Shown here in pieces: positions 23,858 through 37,836 of a stretch of 64,000 nucleotides of DNA. The translations under genes and the position numbers were made by a program. The notes below the pieces were generated by a model. It worked only from the letters and a program-made list of their open reading frames with translations. It did no database searches and had not been told where the DNA came from. The stretch's first letter is position 1. Each line of letters begins with the position of its first letter. Source of the stretch: Takakia lepidozioides (lineage: Eukaryota; Plantae; Bryophyta); NCBI GenBank assembly GCA_030704615.1, contig CM060733.1, positions 61,194,001 to 61,258,000 of the forward strand, read 5' to 3'.

Positions 23858-24210
23858 TGTGATCGTCAGGGCTGGTGGTCGCATATATATTTTTAATATT
23901 TTCAATAGGTATAACCGCCTAAATTGGTGGTTGCACTATTTAATAAATAAATAAATTACAAGCGATCGCTGGATTTTGGCGATCGGATAAAAATTTATGT
24001 GCAATCGCCGAATTTGGACAACACATATTACATGCAACCGCCAAATTTTGGCGGTTGCACATATATATATTTTTAAATAACCAACGACCGTCGGATGTTG
24101 GTGGTCGCACATATTTTTAAGTTAAAAAACACCATGCAACTGCCAAATTTTTAACGGTCGCACATTTGTTTTCAGAGAATTATGTGCGACAACCAATGTT
24201 GGCGGTTATA
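23570..24210. repeat. AT-rich array of palindromic units (GCAACCGCCAAATTTTGGCGGTTGC-like), probable DNA-transposon subterminal repeats; includes (TA)n
   Basis: About 10 degenerate copies at irregular spacing, with the best-preserved palindrome at about 24034-24058. Confidence 0.7.
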
Positions 24211-25374
24211 GCTATTTTAAAATTTTAAAATTAAACACGTTTATCAATATATGACAGTTGTTGTTATTTTGTTTAAATTTAATTACAGTGTTGTTAATAT
24301 ACCATGCGTTTGTCAATGTGATGTGGATGCTGATATGATATTTGTTTAACCCTAATTTATCTTTACATAAATTATAAAAATCAGACATGACATAGGTTGC
24401 GTCAGCGTTAGTTATGTCGCGACGCAACTTGATGTGTGCAACTAGGCTCTAAGCATACTATTTGGAAATCGTAGTATAGCAACATCAGGCATTGTTTTTA
24501 TTTAGCAGTTATGACTGTTCCTTCTAACTCCCAAGGATGGAAATGTCAAGCTTCGACTGAAGACATGCCTACAAAATTTTGGGAGGAGCTACGTTTACCA
24601 AATTATCCACTCACTGACGAACGAAGAATGCGTGTTTGGCCTATAGCAAAAAAAAAATGGCCCTCACTATCTCGCCGAAATACAAGAGCATCAATCTCAT
24701 TTTCTTGTCAATTCACTAAATCAAGCTCTCAACCTTGGAGTTAGAAACAGTACAAGGAGCACTCCAAGATCATTTGTCCATGAATCTTATGTAGCATCTT
24801 CGACGCATCCCCTCTATAATAGCAGCCGCAGTGCCTTGAACCAGAGAAGGATGATAGCTTGGCAAAAAGTACCATTTGTCAGGTGTCACAAGGCCAGCAG
24901 CTTGTACGTTCTTTAGTTTTTGTTTTGTTTTTTGTTTTTGCTTTTCCAGTGTCATCTACGTCCCTCTCGCTTTTGTTTCTACATGCAGGTACCATAGGGC
25001 TTCATTCCAAAGTGGAGGAGAGATGTCAAGGGGGTTTGAATCATAGGGGGTTCATGGGTTTATTTGATTCGACTGTTTTTGTGCTGACGGACGGGAAAAC
25101 CCACCCGTAGCAGCCAGTAAAAAGAGTTATGTCAAGTGATTCAACTGAAAGATACAATTTTGGGGCCCATTTGATCCACCATATGTTTGTCCCTTCAGAC
25201 TCATGCAAAATCATCAGGTCTGAGTCATCTGTTTGTGATGTTTGTGAAGTAGGTGGAAGTTCTTGGAGGGAAGCGAAGCCAGATTGCTGATCGAGGAGGC
25301 GAAGATTGCTGATTACAGGCCGTCACGAACAGCCCGTAGCAGCAGAAAGACCATCGGGTTGGTGTTTCTAAACC

Positions 25375-25940
25375 GAAGTTAGTCTGGGCGTTGTTTGCCA
25401 TGAAGCCCTTAAACTGTGGTTGAGGCACATCATGAGTCGTCATGACGTTGATGATAGACTTCCACATAATGACTTGTGAGTCTGCATATTTTGATTAGAT
25501 GTCGCAAACTGTAATTGTCATGACTTGCTGATAGAAGGGGTCGTAGACATGACGCGCCATCGTCGTCCAATCTTTCACTCGTTTGACATGGTCGAATATG
25601 AGCCAAGCCCCTTGAAGATCTCCGCCTGGTTGCATTTGACGAACCAAATGTACTTCACTGCCTTCTCTAGTGGTGGACATTTTGAAAGACTAAATCTTAG
25701 ATGCTCTTTGCCCAAGAAAGATGCTATCATGTATGTAATCGTATCGACTTCTTTTTTCAAGTGTGTTGTCCAGTGATCCTTTGCCGGAAACAGGGATGCT
25801 AAATCGTGAGCGGTGAGCCTATGTATGAGCGGTGCTGCCCTAATATTTTGCAAAAATGTACTATACGCAATTCCGCGGATAACACTCATAACCACGGGCA
25901 GGATGTCCCTGTAAGCATGCCAGTGACAAGGTTATATGAA
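25375..25940 (-). mobile_element. MULE-like transposase fragment
   Basis: RQMQPGGDLQGAWLIFDHVKRVKDWTTMARHVYD..VCDI*..PQFKGFMANNAQTNF. The F-D-H and FMA(D) pattern fits a MULE-type DDE core (recognition from memory). Confidence 0.6.
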
Positions 25941-26039
25941 GAGCACAGTTGCCAAGGATCCAACGGATTGCTGCGATATTGACAGTGGGCACAATGAAGA
26001 TTAATAATTAAGGAGAGGTGGTATAGTGGATGGGTAATT

Positions 26040-26315
26040 AGGGTCTTTTTAAGGGTATTTAGGGTTTTTTTCCCCGTAGATGCCACTGAATTTTTTTCTT
26101 GTTTTTTCGGATTTTTAGGATATTTAGGGTCTTTTTAGGGGGTTTTTAGGGGGGTTTTATTTTCCCCGCAGATGCCACTGAAAGTGGTGTACGGTGCCGC
26201 ACACCACTTTCAGGGTTAATTTTTTTTGGGGGGTTTTTTAGGGTTTTTTTAAGATTTTGTTTTTAGTGTGCGGTGCCACTGAAAGAGGTGTGTGGTGTTG
26301 CACACCCATTTTCAG

Positions 26316-26356
<41 letters not shown>

Positions 26357-26720
26357 GATTCCCCCCCCCCCTCCCCCCCCGGCAGATGCCACGGAAAGTG
26401 GTGTGCAGCACGGCACTTTCAGGGTTAATTTTTTTGGGGGTTTTTTAGGGTTTTTTTTTTTCCCTCCAGAAAGTGGTGTGCGGTGCCGCACACCACTTTC
26501 AGGGTTTGTTTATAGGCGCACACTACTTTCAGGGGTTTTTTTTGTTTGTTTTTGCAATTGTCATTCAAACTGGTGTACGTCCTGTGGCATTTGCTGACAT
26601 GGCCTTCCCTCGCGCTGACGTGGCATCCGCTCACGCTGACGTGACCTGAGCGTGGGCTCACGCCACGTCAGCCCTGCCTAAGCGTGCGCTCACTGCTCAC
26701 GCCGTAGCGTCGGTCTGTCG
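26040..26720. repeat. T/G-rich array of hairpin units GAAAGTGGTGTGCGG-TG-CCGCACACCACTTTC; likely subterminal region of a DNA transposon
   Basis: Perfect 15-bp-stem palindrome at about 26469-26500, near-perfect copy at about 26178-26213, and degenerate copies between poly-T tracts. Confidence 0.7.
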
Positions 26721-27589
26721 GAAGGTCCCAAACGAAAAAGATTGATTTGATGAGAATTGGTCCATAACATCTTCTAGAGCCACTCCATCAGTTTAGGATT
26801 AGAGCCATCATCGGTCCCAATGAGGTATGTGCCAAGGAATGACTTACTGGTTGCCAATGCAATCGCAGATGTCATTGAAGTTTGCAGTAGGTGTTTTAAG
26901 TAGTTCCTCGTGTAGAAGTTGGCGAACAGATCCCAGTGTTTCCCTGCAATCCCCTTGTGAGACATAATGTTTATGGTTTCCAAAATGAAGACGAACTCGT
27001 GTCATCGTCTAGGAACGATGCAAAACATAGTACATCCAAGCATTGCAAATATGTGTACAATCGGATGCGACCAATGAGTATACTCTCATTATTGATGAAA
27101 GACAACAAATTATCCAAATGCCGTCGATATTTATTCAAGAATGACAATAATTGATAAGAGCAGCAAGATGTGTCATGAACATTATGACAGTTGTTTGTTT
27201 TGATGGATTTGAAATAATGAAAGATTTATAGTGTATGCACAATAGATTGAAAAATTAGGCCCCACTTTAGCCGTAAGCACATTCATATTAATGATCGATA
27301 AAATAACCTAAATTTCAAAAACACCAGGAAGATTGGCTTAGCATGTAGTATATTTAAACATGTTTCGTAAACTTGTTGTGTGAGCACATTTTCATTCCGT
27401 TGTCGCATATTCTTAGGATTTTAGAAAACAAGCGAAATAAACATCTTTGCTTGTTTGCGCTCAGCCAACGTGAGCGTTATCATATGTTGCCCAACCTCCA
27501 AGATATCAACAACAGGATATCAACTCCAAGGAATTTTTTGATTCTGTACGAGAGCAGCCTAAAGCAACAACAATTCAATTTCTCACCAT

Positions 27590-29900
27590 GTCAGATGCAT
27601 GATTCCCAATTGATTTCTACAAAGGCTATGAGCGAATTTGCTATAAACTATTACAAAGACTTGTTCACAGCCATCCCCGTAACAACTAAGGCACTTGCAA
27701 CTAGAGAGATTTGTCGGGGACATGTGCTTAGGCAAGTAACACCAAGAATGAATGACTACCTCACCAGTCCACTCTCACTTGCTGAACTTCATGATGCTGT
27801 TCACCAGCTCTTGAGAGGTAAAGCCCTTGGGATTGATGGTTTTCCAGTTGATTTCTTTGCTGAATTTTGGGATGAGACATGGCTTGATTTATTATTCATT
27901 TTTGAAGCAATGCTTGCTAGAGGGAAGTTGGATGTGTCATTTAACACACGAATAGTGTGCCTCATTCCTAAAGGAGGGGATAAAACCTTCTTGAAAAATT
28001 GGTGCCCTATCACATTACTAGGGACCATTTACAAGATTCTTTCCAAGATGAGACTTCAGGCATTGCTCCCAACCCTTATATGGCCCAACCAGACTGGGTT
28101 TGATAGCGGACGCTGCATTATTGATAATGTCTTTTTGGCTTACGAAGCCATGGAGTGGGCAATTGAAAGCCAACAACCACTAGTTCTACTCCTGTTGGAT
28201 TTTAAAAAGGTATATGACTGCGTTGATTGGAGCTTTCTTGAAGGTACGATGTTTCGAATGGGTTTTTTCAGGAATGGATAAGGTGGGTGAGAGCCCTATA
28301 TGCGGATGCTAACTCATGTATCTCATTCAATGGAATGACAAGCAAACCCTTCTCACTTTCCCATTATGTGCGCCAAGGGTGTCCCCTTGCTCCATATTTA
28401 TACATTTTCGTTGCAGATTGTTTGAGACATGTTCTCTTAAATGATGACACAATTACAGGTCTTTGACTTCCTGACAACAGGTCCATGTTGGTAGACCAAG
28501 AATTTACCGATAACACTTCATTCTTTCTCAAGGGTTTCAAAGACAACTTGGAGGCATCTCGTTGCGTACTTGAAGTTGGGTGAAGATGTCCATTTGAATT
28601 GGTTATTACCAAGGGAAACTACCCGTTACCTGGGCTTCCCTCTTGGTTACAAGGTGAGTGCAACACAACATTTTGCATTGGTGATGACATCTTTTTGGGC
28701 TTCTCCAATGCTCTCCCTTGCAGGGCGTGTTCTTATTGTCAACCAGGTACTCTTGTCCACCCTGTGGATGTGGCATCATGTTGGAGCCCGTCAGTCCGCG
28801 TTTTGAACCAAGTGAGGGTCTTCATGATTCGAAATTTTATTTGGTCTGGGTAAGATGGCACCCGTAATTGCAGAGCTAAAGTTGCATGGACCACGTTGAA
28901 CTTACCATTTTCACTAAGGGGAGTGAATTGATTGACCCGGCCTCTTTGCAGACAAATGCTTTGCTGGCCAATTTTGTTCGCAGCTTGGCACCTGGTAGGG
29001 AACCATGGAAATCACTATTCCGCCACTGTATCGCATCTCTACGACCAAAGAAATGAGGGTTGTGGCCATCTAGCTTTAATTGGGCCATGCGTGCCACCAA
29101 AGTTATTGGAGCAGGGTTTGAGTTTTTTTGGGGCATTTGGAATTAGGCATGGTTATCAGTGCGGCATCAAACTGAGATCGCTACTCCAGATACTACCTCA
29201 GCATGAATCCTCCAGCAATGTCTAGACTTTCTCAACCCCCATGTTGTGGATGCACATGGTAGCATGTTCGGGACTAGTAGACACTCAAAGTGGGCTGTCA
29301 AAGTGGGTCTGTTTGCAACATAACGAGACATTACAACGTCATTGTCTTTGGTCTTGTAAATTTGCTCATCATACATGGACACATTTCTACCATGCTCGCT
29401 TGGAAATTAGATCAGATTGCTTTTGAATGCTGCAATTGAAATCATGTTTCTTTAGTTGTTGCCACTCTGCCATGCCACTAGAGATGGTGTCCATCCATGC
29501 CAGAGTCAAGTTTGTTGCACAGAGAAGGACTGGCCTCCCTGAACAAAGCGGCACCTTGGTTACAGACTGCATTCAAGCGTGAGCTGTAAGACAGTTGTGC
29601 ACCGAGGCCAAGTTCAGATCAGACTACAACATGTACAGAACGTCGGCGCTTCTCAAGGTCAGTTTGGCAGTTTGTCCCCACCCCCCTGGTCCCTGCAGGC
29701 TCGTGGAAGCCGAACATTAGACTCATGCACTGCCCCAATCGTTCTTGGAGGTCAAGTTGTATGGGACCTCGTAGAAGGGAACCTCCCATATATTCATCAT
29801 GGACCAAAGCTGACCTCAATCTCTCAAGAATTACCAGAAATTTTAAGACTACATGGACAGAAAAAAAATTAAGCAGTTTTTTCAAAAATGTTGATCCAAT
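27590..29900 (+). mobile_element. Degenerate L1/Tx1-type LINE ORF2 (RT and downstream region)
   Basis: KALGIDGFPVDFF, LIPKGG..NWCPITLL..YKILSK, QTGF..GRCIIDN, LLDFKKVYDCVDW, VRQGCPLAPYLY, EFTDNT, RYLGFP, LSLAGR. The 3' limit is approximate. Confidence 0.88.
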
Positions 29901-30974
29901 TAGTCTCTTGGGATCGGGAATTTAAATAAAGAGACACGCAACAGTGCAAAGTTTGCTCTAATATGCCCCCTGAGAAAGAAATGCAGAAAATGCCAGCTCA
30001 AGCATAGTACCTCAGTAAATACTAAATACCTACTTCACTTCAATAATGTCCTCATTTAGAGAACTTGGGTGACCACTCGGCAACAAAATAAATGGTATTG
30101 AGTACCTAGACCTATTGAAGCATTATGATCCATACTTGGTCTTGAAAGTAGAAGTATTCACTACTAGAACTACAGTCAACTGTTATTACGTGATCCCAGG
30201 TTGTAAGTCTGGGTGCCACTAGACCACATCGGGCCATTTCGGCATCAAGCATTCATGTCAAAATGAAATCTGTAGACAACATTGCATAACCTACAGTGAA
30301 AAGTTCTATGCAATCCCTCATGAGCACCCATAATCCTAGCTATTGAGGTGCATGAATTGTCTGGGCAATGCAATGATCATGGAGCATTGGCCATCATATG
30401 ATCAGCTTTGCAAGCTAAGAATGTGGTCCCGTTCTGCTAGTCATACTTCCACTTGGTTTAGAGGGGGTGCAGAGCTAGTGGGCACTTATTCAAGAAAATT
30501 GGACCGGAGGTTTCTTGGTCTTCGTCCGTAGTCTACAGTGGCCCTTAGCATCAATACTCTCGAGATGCAACCGTTGAATTAGTTGAGATAGGTATAGATG
30601 GATGAGAAACGTAAACAGATGTAGTTCATTGGGTCAGTAAACTAGACAAATGCATCAAGAATATCAGTTGCAAAAACTGGTAGACCCGGGTATGGAATGT
30701 TCCAGGAAAGTGTAAGCACTTGTGGTCTACCAGATTTTTTTACAACCTATTCATAATTCCAATAGTGCAGGGCTTGCATGTACTACATGCATTTGTTTTT
30801 TTTTTGGATTAGAGGGAGTCAAATAATTTTCTTTAGAAATCATTATATCAGAGAGAATTGGCCCCAAGGGAGCGAACTGAATCTGGCTTGGCCAATTAAG
30901 GGCTAGTATCACATCTCAATAAGTTACCCTTCATAACCAGAATATACACATGCAATTTTTTATTATTTTTTAAA

Positions 30975-31205
30975 GAGGGAACACCTGGCAGTGACAGCTC
31001 ACAATTCAGGCCCCTTAGTTATAGTGAGTGGGGAAAATAACCTCTTTCACAGTACCTCGCCATGAGGCGCCAAGCACAAGGCTCTGGGGACACCGCCCCA
31101 TCGGAAGGGGGAGAAGAACATACCTCACCCAACAATGTAAAACAATTTGAACCCAGATCACCTGGGTGGAACTCAATGCTCTAACTAGGCTACTGACTGG
31201 TGGTA
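30975..31205 (-). mobile_element. tRNA-derived SINE, family 2
   Basis: Reverse-complement similarity to 44735-44960, with A-box-like GTAGCCTAGTTAG and B-box GGTTCAAAT. Confidence 0.6.
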
Positions 31206-31702
31206 AGCTATTTATTTACTAATTTTTAATTCTCATGATAAACCATCACTTTTGTTCCTAATTGTTTTGGTAGCGGTTATTCTCATTGGAAGACAGTCAT
31301 ATCCAATGTAATATCTTGGTCGAAGCGCGGCAGAAAGCTATAGAAGATCATAGCTAAGTTACAACTAAAGACAGCATTGATCAAGTGAGAAAATAATAAG
31401 TGTTCCTTAGAATGCGCAGGAGGGTTCAATCTGTTGATGTGGGTAGAATCCCTACCCTCTGAAGCCCCCCCCAAATAAATCAATAAGCAAATCCTGAACT
31501 TGGGATGTTGTATACAAAACAATGCAGTGGGACACCGGCAGAGGTGTAGCTCCTGCTCTTTCTCTCACTCCCGTTGGGGCGTGAGGGACGGCAGACAAGA
31601 CAAGACATGTCTCTTTTGAGCTGCAACTTCTGGGTGTCTAGGGCTATCATTGGCCGACCATATTTTACAAAGTTCTTGCTCATCATGTACGCACTGAACC
31701 CA

Positions 31703-34700
31703 TCAATCAAAACTTGCAGAGCGGCTAAATCGACCTGCCAAGTATTCTTCTAGATACTTGCTCGAGTGTGTCAGGTCCACACTGCTCTGATCCACGCTGC
31801 ACTGGGAAGCTACATCATCATCAGCAGCATCAGCATCTTCAACCCCCAGCATAGCAAGTGCCAAGTGTGTCTGGATGTCGATCTCCCCGCCGCAGTTGGG
31901 TGTGCCCTCGAAGTTACTTCCGGCTTCGTCGAGGTCCATTGACAGTGGGTGACGCTGTGTCCGAAAGCCCACACTCTCACCCTCCCCACATAGTATTTTC
32001 AACACCTGTACGTTCCAAAGCCGCAAGGGTTATGAACGTTTGCGAATGGTAGTAAGGGCTGTAGAGGGACCAGTTTCACAAGTATGAATCATTCACTCCC
32101 TTCTTCAGTCACTAGTCTGGCTGTGCACAATAAGAAAGACATTCTTTCATTGAGAAGTGTTTCCAGTGAGAGTCATGAAGGACCACCATCTGTTTATCTT
32201 GGAATAGTGTCCCACTTTAATCAAACAAGGCAAGGAGTAGCTTGCTCGAGGGAAATATATACCCGACTCATTCGTGGTCTGCGTTGAGCAGATTGCTGAA
32301 CGCAGAGGGCCGCAGCCCTCATCATGTTTTGCATCTGGGCGACATCAAATGTGCCCTCCAACTGTGGGTCCACCAACTTCCCCATGTGTCTTTCCTCCAG
32401 GAGGGGTCTTGCCTGTTTCCACAACAGCAGCTGTCAGCTCTCTCTAACCAAAAACGATGCCTCAAGAACCAAGCAACAAGAGACAAAGCCAAAATCTGGA
32501 AGTATCAGAATAATCTGAAAGATGTACTACCATCCCATGTGATGACAATCGTCTTATCCAGCACCTCTAAGCTCTAAACACAGCATATAGGTGATTAGGG
32601 TATAACAGAGATGAACGTCACGGATGATCACAGGGTCTACTCCCGGTCATTGGGTGAGACCAAGGGTGTAAGCATAGCTGTCACATGTTGAGCATCTAAA
32701 GAGGAGCTGGCTACCTTCATTAAATGATTTGCCTAGAGACTTGAGCAGAAAATCAGGAAACAAGAGTAGTATTATATACCCATATCACCAAATTTTCTTG
32801 GCCTTTAGGCCTGGAAGTATCGATGGGTAGCCGGCCTGTGATGAGCTCAAGCAGCACCACTCCAAATGAGTAGACATCTGTCTTGTCATTCACTCTCCCA
32901 TACATAAAATATTCTGGTGCCAAATACCTGTGAACAAACAGAAGTCCATCACACATGGGACCCACCATGCAACATGCTTACCTTTCTCTTGTGGCTGATC
33001 ACAAAATTGGCTATCAAAGAGCTCAAACACACAATAATTGTACTGTATGTTGTGTCTTTCACGGCAACAAGGCATGTCCACATATTAACGTCAAAGGTAG
33101 ATGAGAGGCACGTACCCAAATGTACCAACCACATCATTGCATCGTACATATGATGCATTCGTCGGAGCCCATTTTGCAAGCCCAAAGTCTGACAACTGCA
33201 ATTTTAGACATGAACCAGAAGATGAGAGACACAATGAAAGAGAGCAGAGAATGTACCAGAATGGGATTTACACAAGTTGGTGGATGTCCATGCAGAAGTG
33301 GCACAAGGGAGCTATCAACTGTATATGCGTGGTGCTTGAATGTACCATGTTCTTTTTCATATGACCACTTTACAGATAGGTGGTACGCACACAGGCTGGG
33401 AAAAGGAGCATAGACAGTAAACCTTAGGTTCAAAGTCTGCAGACAAGAGTATGTTGGACGCCTTCACATCTCTGTGTATGACGGGGCGGGGGCAGTCACC
33501 GTGAAGATAGTCCAAGGCCTTGGCAATGCCCACTGCCACTTTCTGCCGAACATCCCATTTCACGATGGGCGCCTCGTTCCCTCCTGCAGTTGAATACAAA
33601 CATCATCAATTCCATGAGTATGTATAGATACCTCGAAAGCATCTGTGTCGCAAGCCAGAAAACACAGGTCCACTGAATTGGCCACCTATGAGCCCGCATT
33701 CAATACTTAGCACGAGTCACAATCCATCAGCAGAAACCACAGAAAACTCATCACAAGCCAGATGCCTTCTCCAAGGTGTCTGGGGTTAACTGACTCTGAG
33801 TTTATCTCTATAGTCCTAAAACTACAACAAAGGATGTCCCACTGCATAAGATTCCATACCATGAAGGTGATCATCCAAGTTTCCTTCAGAAAGAAAGTCA
33901 TAGACTAGGATGAGGTGTGTAGAGTCCACACAATAGCCAAGCAGAGCCACAATATGGCAATGTTGCAAGGCACTGTTGATCTCAATGTCAGTCAGAAGCT
34001 CCTCTTCTGCTTGGGAACCTCCTTGGTTCAAACACTTGACCGCCAGCAGCTTCCCATCACAAGACTCTCCTCGATACACTAGGCTGCCTCCCCCTCTTCC
34101 CACCAGATTTCCTGCAAGTACCCTAGGTCTTAATACACATTCAATACAAAGGAAGAATATATTAAAACTACCTGCAGTAGATTGCAGTATTGACTTACAA
34201 ACTACGTGACGCAAAACTACAGAGATATAGATGTACTCATTGTCTGCTGTAGACTTGTGGCCACTGACCCGCGCCCAGTTTGAGCGGAACACAGAGGGAC
34301 AGAAACTACCTTTGTCAGGGGCTGACTTCGGTAGTAACTACAGAGATATAGACAGACAAAGAGCCCGACAAGGACGATCCAGAGGGACTGAAGGTGGATG
34401 ATCACATACTTGGAGAGAAGTTAGCAGTCGCAGCTGCAAGCTCCTCAAATGAAAACCGAATGCAGGGTTGATCCACACACAGTTGATCTAGCTGCTGAGC
34501 CAGGGATAGTAAACTGTTACCCTCAGTGCTCCCTTTACAGTGGGCCTTTCTGTCTGGAATGTTGATGGAGAACCGAATCTTGGTTGTGTAAAACTCATCT
34601 GGGTTGCAGCTCATGCGGGACGGACACAGAGAGGAAGCCTCTTTCACAAACTCCTGAGAGATGAAGGCTCCAGGTGAAAGCTCTCCCAACAATCGTGCAC

Positions 34701-37700
34701 ACTGAGCATTGACAGACTCTTTGGGCATGCATGCAGGTGCAACCCTGGGCCGATGGGGTAATTGCAGGGCCCAGTTCACAACTGAAAGATTTCGATCTGA
34801 TGAATGAGGGGCTGGATTTTTATCAAAACTGATTGAGCGGTGCATTAAGGGCCAGCCAGGGTGCAAGCATTCCTCTGCAGATCCTGGGGCAGAGTCTGCC
34901 GAATCATCTCCTGGCAAATTGTCTAAAGAGCAAGAAGCTGCTGTTTGATATGAATCTAAGTCAGCAGACACTGCAGGCTCCTCTTTACCTGTGTATCGAA
35001 GCAGAAACAAGTCCCCTCTTTCACCGTCACGACCAGCATTCAAGGGGTTCCATCCTGTGAGTGGGCCCTCCGCTCGTTGCTTGGAGAATGAAATACGGAA
35101 GCCTTCAGGTCCCAATATACAGTCACGGGTGGCTGAAGGGAGGACACTGATAGGTGAGCTGGGAAATTCACCATGTACTAAAGAGCCTGAGCATGAGTTA
35201 CTTTCTAAGTCACTGATTCGGTCACACTCTGTGCTACTGTTGACCAGGGAAACTCCTCTGGGTTGATGGCTTCTGGAGAGGGTAGGAGGCAAAGAAACAC
35301 TAGGCCTTCCTTCATCTGCTTCGGTGGCTTCATCTGTGCCCCCACTGTTGACCTCTTTTGTCCTTCCCAGACTCCTTATCCTCTTCAGTATCACTTTCAG
35401 CAAACCTGAACCTGTGATCAGAAACAATCTTTAGTGATGCTAAAAACACGCATCTCTGAACTGTGACAAGGAACACATTTCACCATCTTCCCAGCATGAA
35501 TGCATGGATCAGATTCAAATGCAAGAAGCTTGCAGTAAGCCCTAGGTCACAGAAAAAGCAGACAACACGAGTGCGAAGGCAGATATTACCCAAAACTGCA
35601 AACTGCGTTCCCTTCTTGTCAAAAACAATTTTTCCGTGCTCTACAATCACCACTGTGCAGGTGGAGGGCAGCCGCTTTAAACAATATTTGCCGAGTGAGG
35701 AGGTCAATCTGTGGAATAGCACGCCCAAGACAACATGGGCGCAAACAAGGCCTGTCAACGTTAGAAGAGATTTTCTTCAAGCTTGACCCCTTTAGCATCA
35801 AGTGCAGCAGAAATTGGTTTAAACATCACCACCAATACTACGGTCATCAGCTCTCTAACGGTTCATTTTGTGCACCATTGTCAAGGGTCGCCATAACTCC
35901 GAACCTCCAACAGCAATGACATGCCTTGGGGACAAAGCAATGTGTGGCCCAACTTCATATCAAAGCTTCCTGGTCTCATGCTGGATCCTGATCAAGTTGG
36001 TGTTTCACTTGGATCCATAGTGCTCTATGGTTATGAAACCGAACCTAAGACAGTACACACAGGAAGATAAATATCACATGACAAAGAAGGGCAATAATAA
36101 ATGTCTCACCCAATAGGAAAGTGCTGGTTGGTGCCTAGAATGAGCTTAGAAGCCCCATGGGTTCGAGCAACCTCCACCAATATCTTTCTCACTTTGGTCC
36201 CATTCACAATTTCCAAATGAAGCTTGATCTGCAGGACTCCCAAAAACCCAGCTCATGACCAGACAATACTCTCAACTTGGTAGGGTTGGGAGATATGTGC
36301 TTCCAAAGACCAGGTGCAGAGAGTGTACTCATAAGATGTTGTGGTACTAGCCTTGACCAGGTGCAGAGAGAAAGAAAGAGAGAAGATATTTACTTGTTTA
36401 AGGGTACAAAGGCCTTGATAAACAGACAGCATCCCATGCAGGGTGCTTGCCAGCTGGCGCTGGTGTGCCTCTCGCTCCTTATCACATGATGCTGCCACCA
36501 GTCTCGCTTAGCTCCAAACATTCAACCCGTTAATCAATTCCCAGTTATAAAAGAGCAAACCAACAAGTGGGAGACCAAAGTCTTCTACTTGCTCCTTGGT
36601 GGTAAGAGACAAGTACTCCTCTGATATGACAATATTATCAAACACCTCTGCATTCCTGACTCGACTGAATACTGCCATTTAAACAAGTCATCCATGACTA
36701 ACACATGACTCCATGGTTGAAATTTGTTCAAGCTTGCATTTCTCTCCATGACTCTGGCTAAGAAAATGTGCTCAGGAGTGCAACCACAGCCTGGAGGCCA
36801 GATGTCATCCTGGTGGACAAGTCTGACATAGGATTGCAATACCGCTGTCAACGCAACCTTTAGCCAAGGACATTGAAGACATGAAAATACACCTCTGCTT
36901 GGCGCTCTCCTACAAGTACATCTGGATTTCAGGAAGTGAATGTAGGCAAAGCTCAGGTTTGTGGGTGGTCCAACAATCGGCATGCCAGTCGATGTAAGAC
37001 GGGGTTCGGCCATTTACTCTTCGAGCGTAACAAACTATTTCGCGATTTCCACATTTCGAAATACTTGGTTTTCCTTATGAGGGAACAACACTCATGCGCC
37101 TCATGTAGGGGAGTTTACAGACTCACGTAGCGAAGGCAGCATGCCATAAGAATATAGAGTGGAAGCACATTAGCGATCGCAACCAGCCAGCGAAATTTGT
37201 TGATCCTACTACTAACCTCAAATCACTGTTTGTCCTACAGCACCCCTTTGAGACTGCCTGTCAAGAAAATTTTGCAACCCACAGCTACCATGCACATGGA
37301 GACATCAGGCAAAGAATAACAAAGACACGCACTCGGATAAGTGGACTACAAACAATATACAAGAGCTCGATCTCCCTCCATGTAATCGCTAAAGGCATTG
37401 GACTGACAGTGTATGATATCTCGAGCATGATATCTCGAGTGCGGAGATCAACCGCAAAGAAGTTTAAATAAACTGATGGACTGATACATAATTGCGACTG
37501 CTTCTAAGCGTATCTGTGCGAGTGCAAGACGATGTCCAAGATGGATGGCAAGCACCGGTAGTGGAGATCGGTACCTGCATGCGTGGGAAAGGATGAGACA
37601 TGGAGAGCAAGAACTTGGTCACCAGGATGAGCGAGCTTTGCTATTGTCCATGTCAACATTTCGCGGCATGCTGTGGTCAACTTCATGCCTACCACCAGCT

Positions 37701-37836
37701 CACATCCTTGCTGTTTGGTCCTCCTTGCATATTGGCCCAATTTTTTCCCCATCCCACCCACGTCTCGAACTGAACACACTACCTCTGTATCCTGTGATCC
37801 CAAACTGTGTGTCTCTACTTCAGTTTCTGCACCCAT
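31703..37836 (-). CDS. USP (universal stress protein)-domain receptor-like cytoplasmic Ser/Thr kinase, about 11 exons
   Basis: GT-AG exons read manually: 37836-37575, about 36510-36394 (acceptor uncertain), 36228-36110, 35708-35590, 35411-34410, 34111-33860, 33583-33423, 33195-33116, 32927-32780, 32412-32263, 32005-31703. USP motifs [17 protein letters not shown] and KYCLKRLP. Kinase motifs [41 protein letters not shown]. Confidence 0.92.

Noticed and set aside
26035-26460. Interstitial telomere (TTTAGGG)
   Set aside because: The motifs are scattered within T/G-rich spacers, not tandem.
23570-26540. CRISPR-like arrays of palindromic repeats
   Set aside because: Repeats are degenerate, spacing is irregular, spacers are low-complexity, there are no cas genes and the DNA is eukaryotic.
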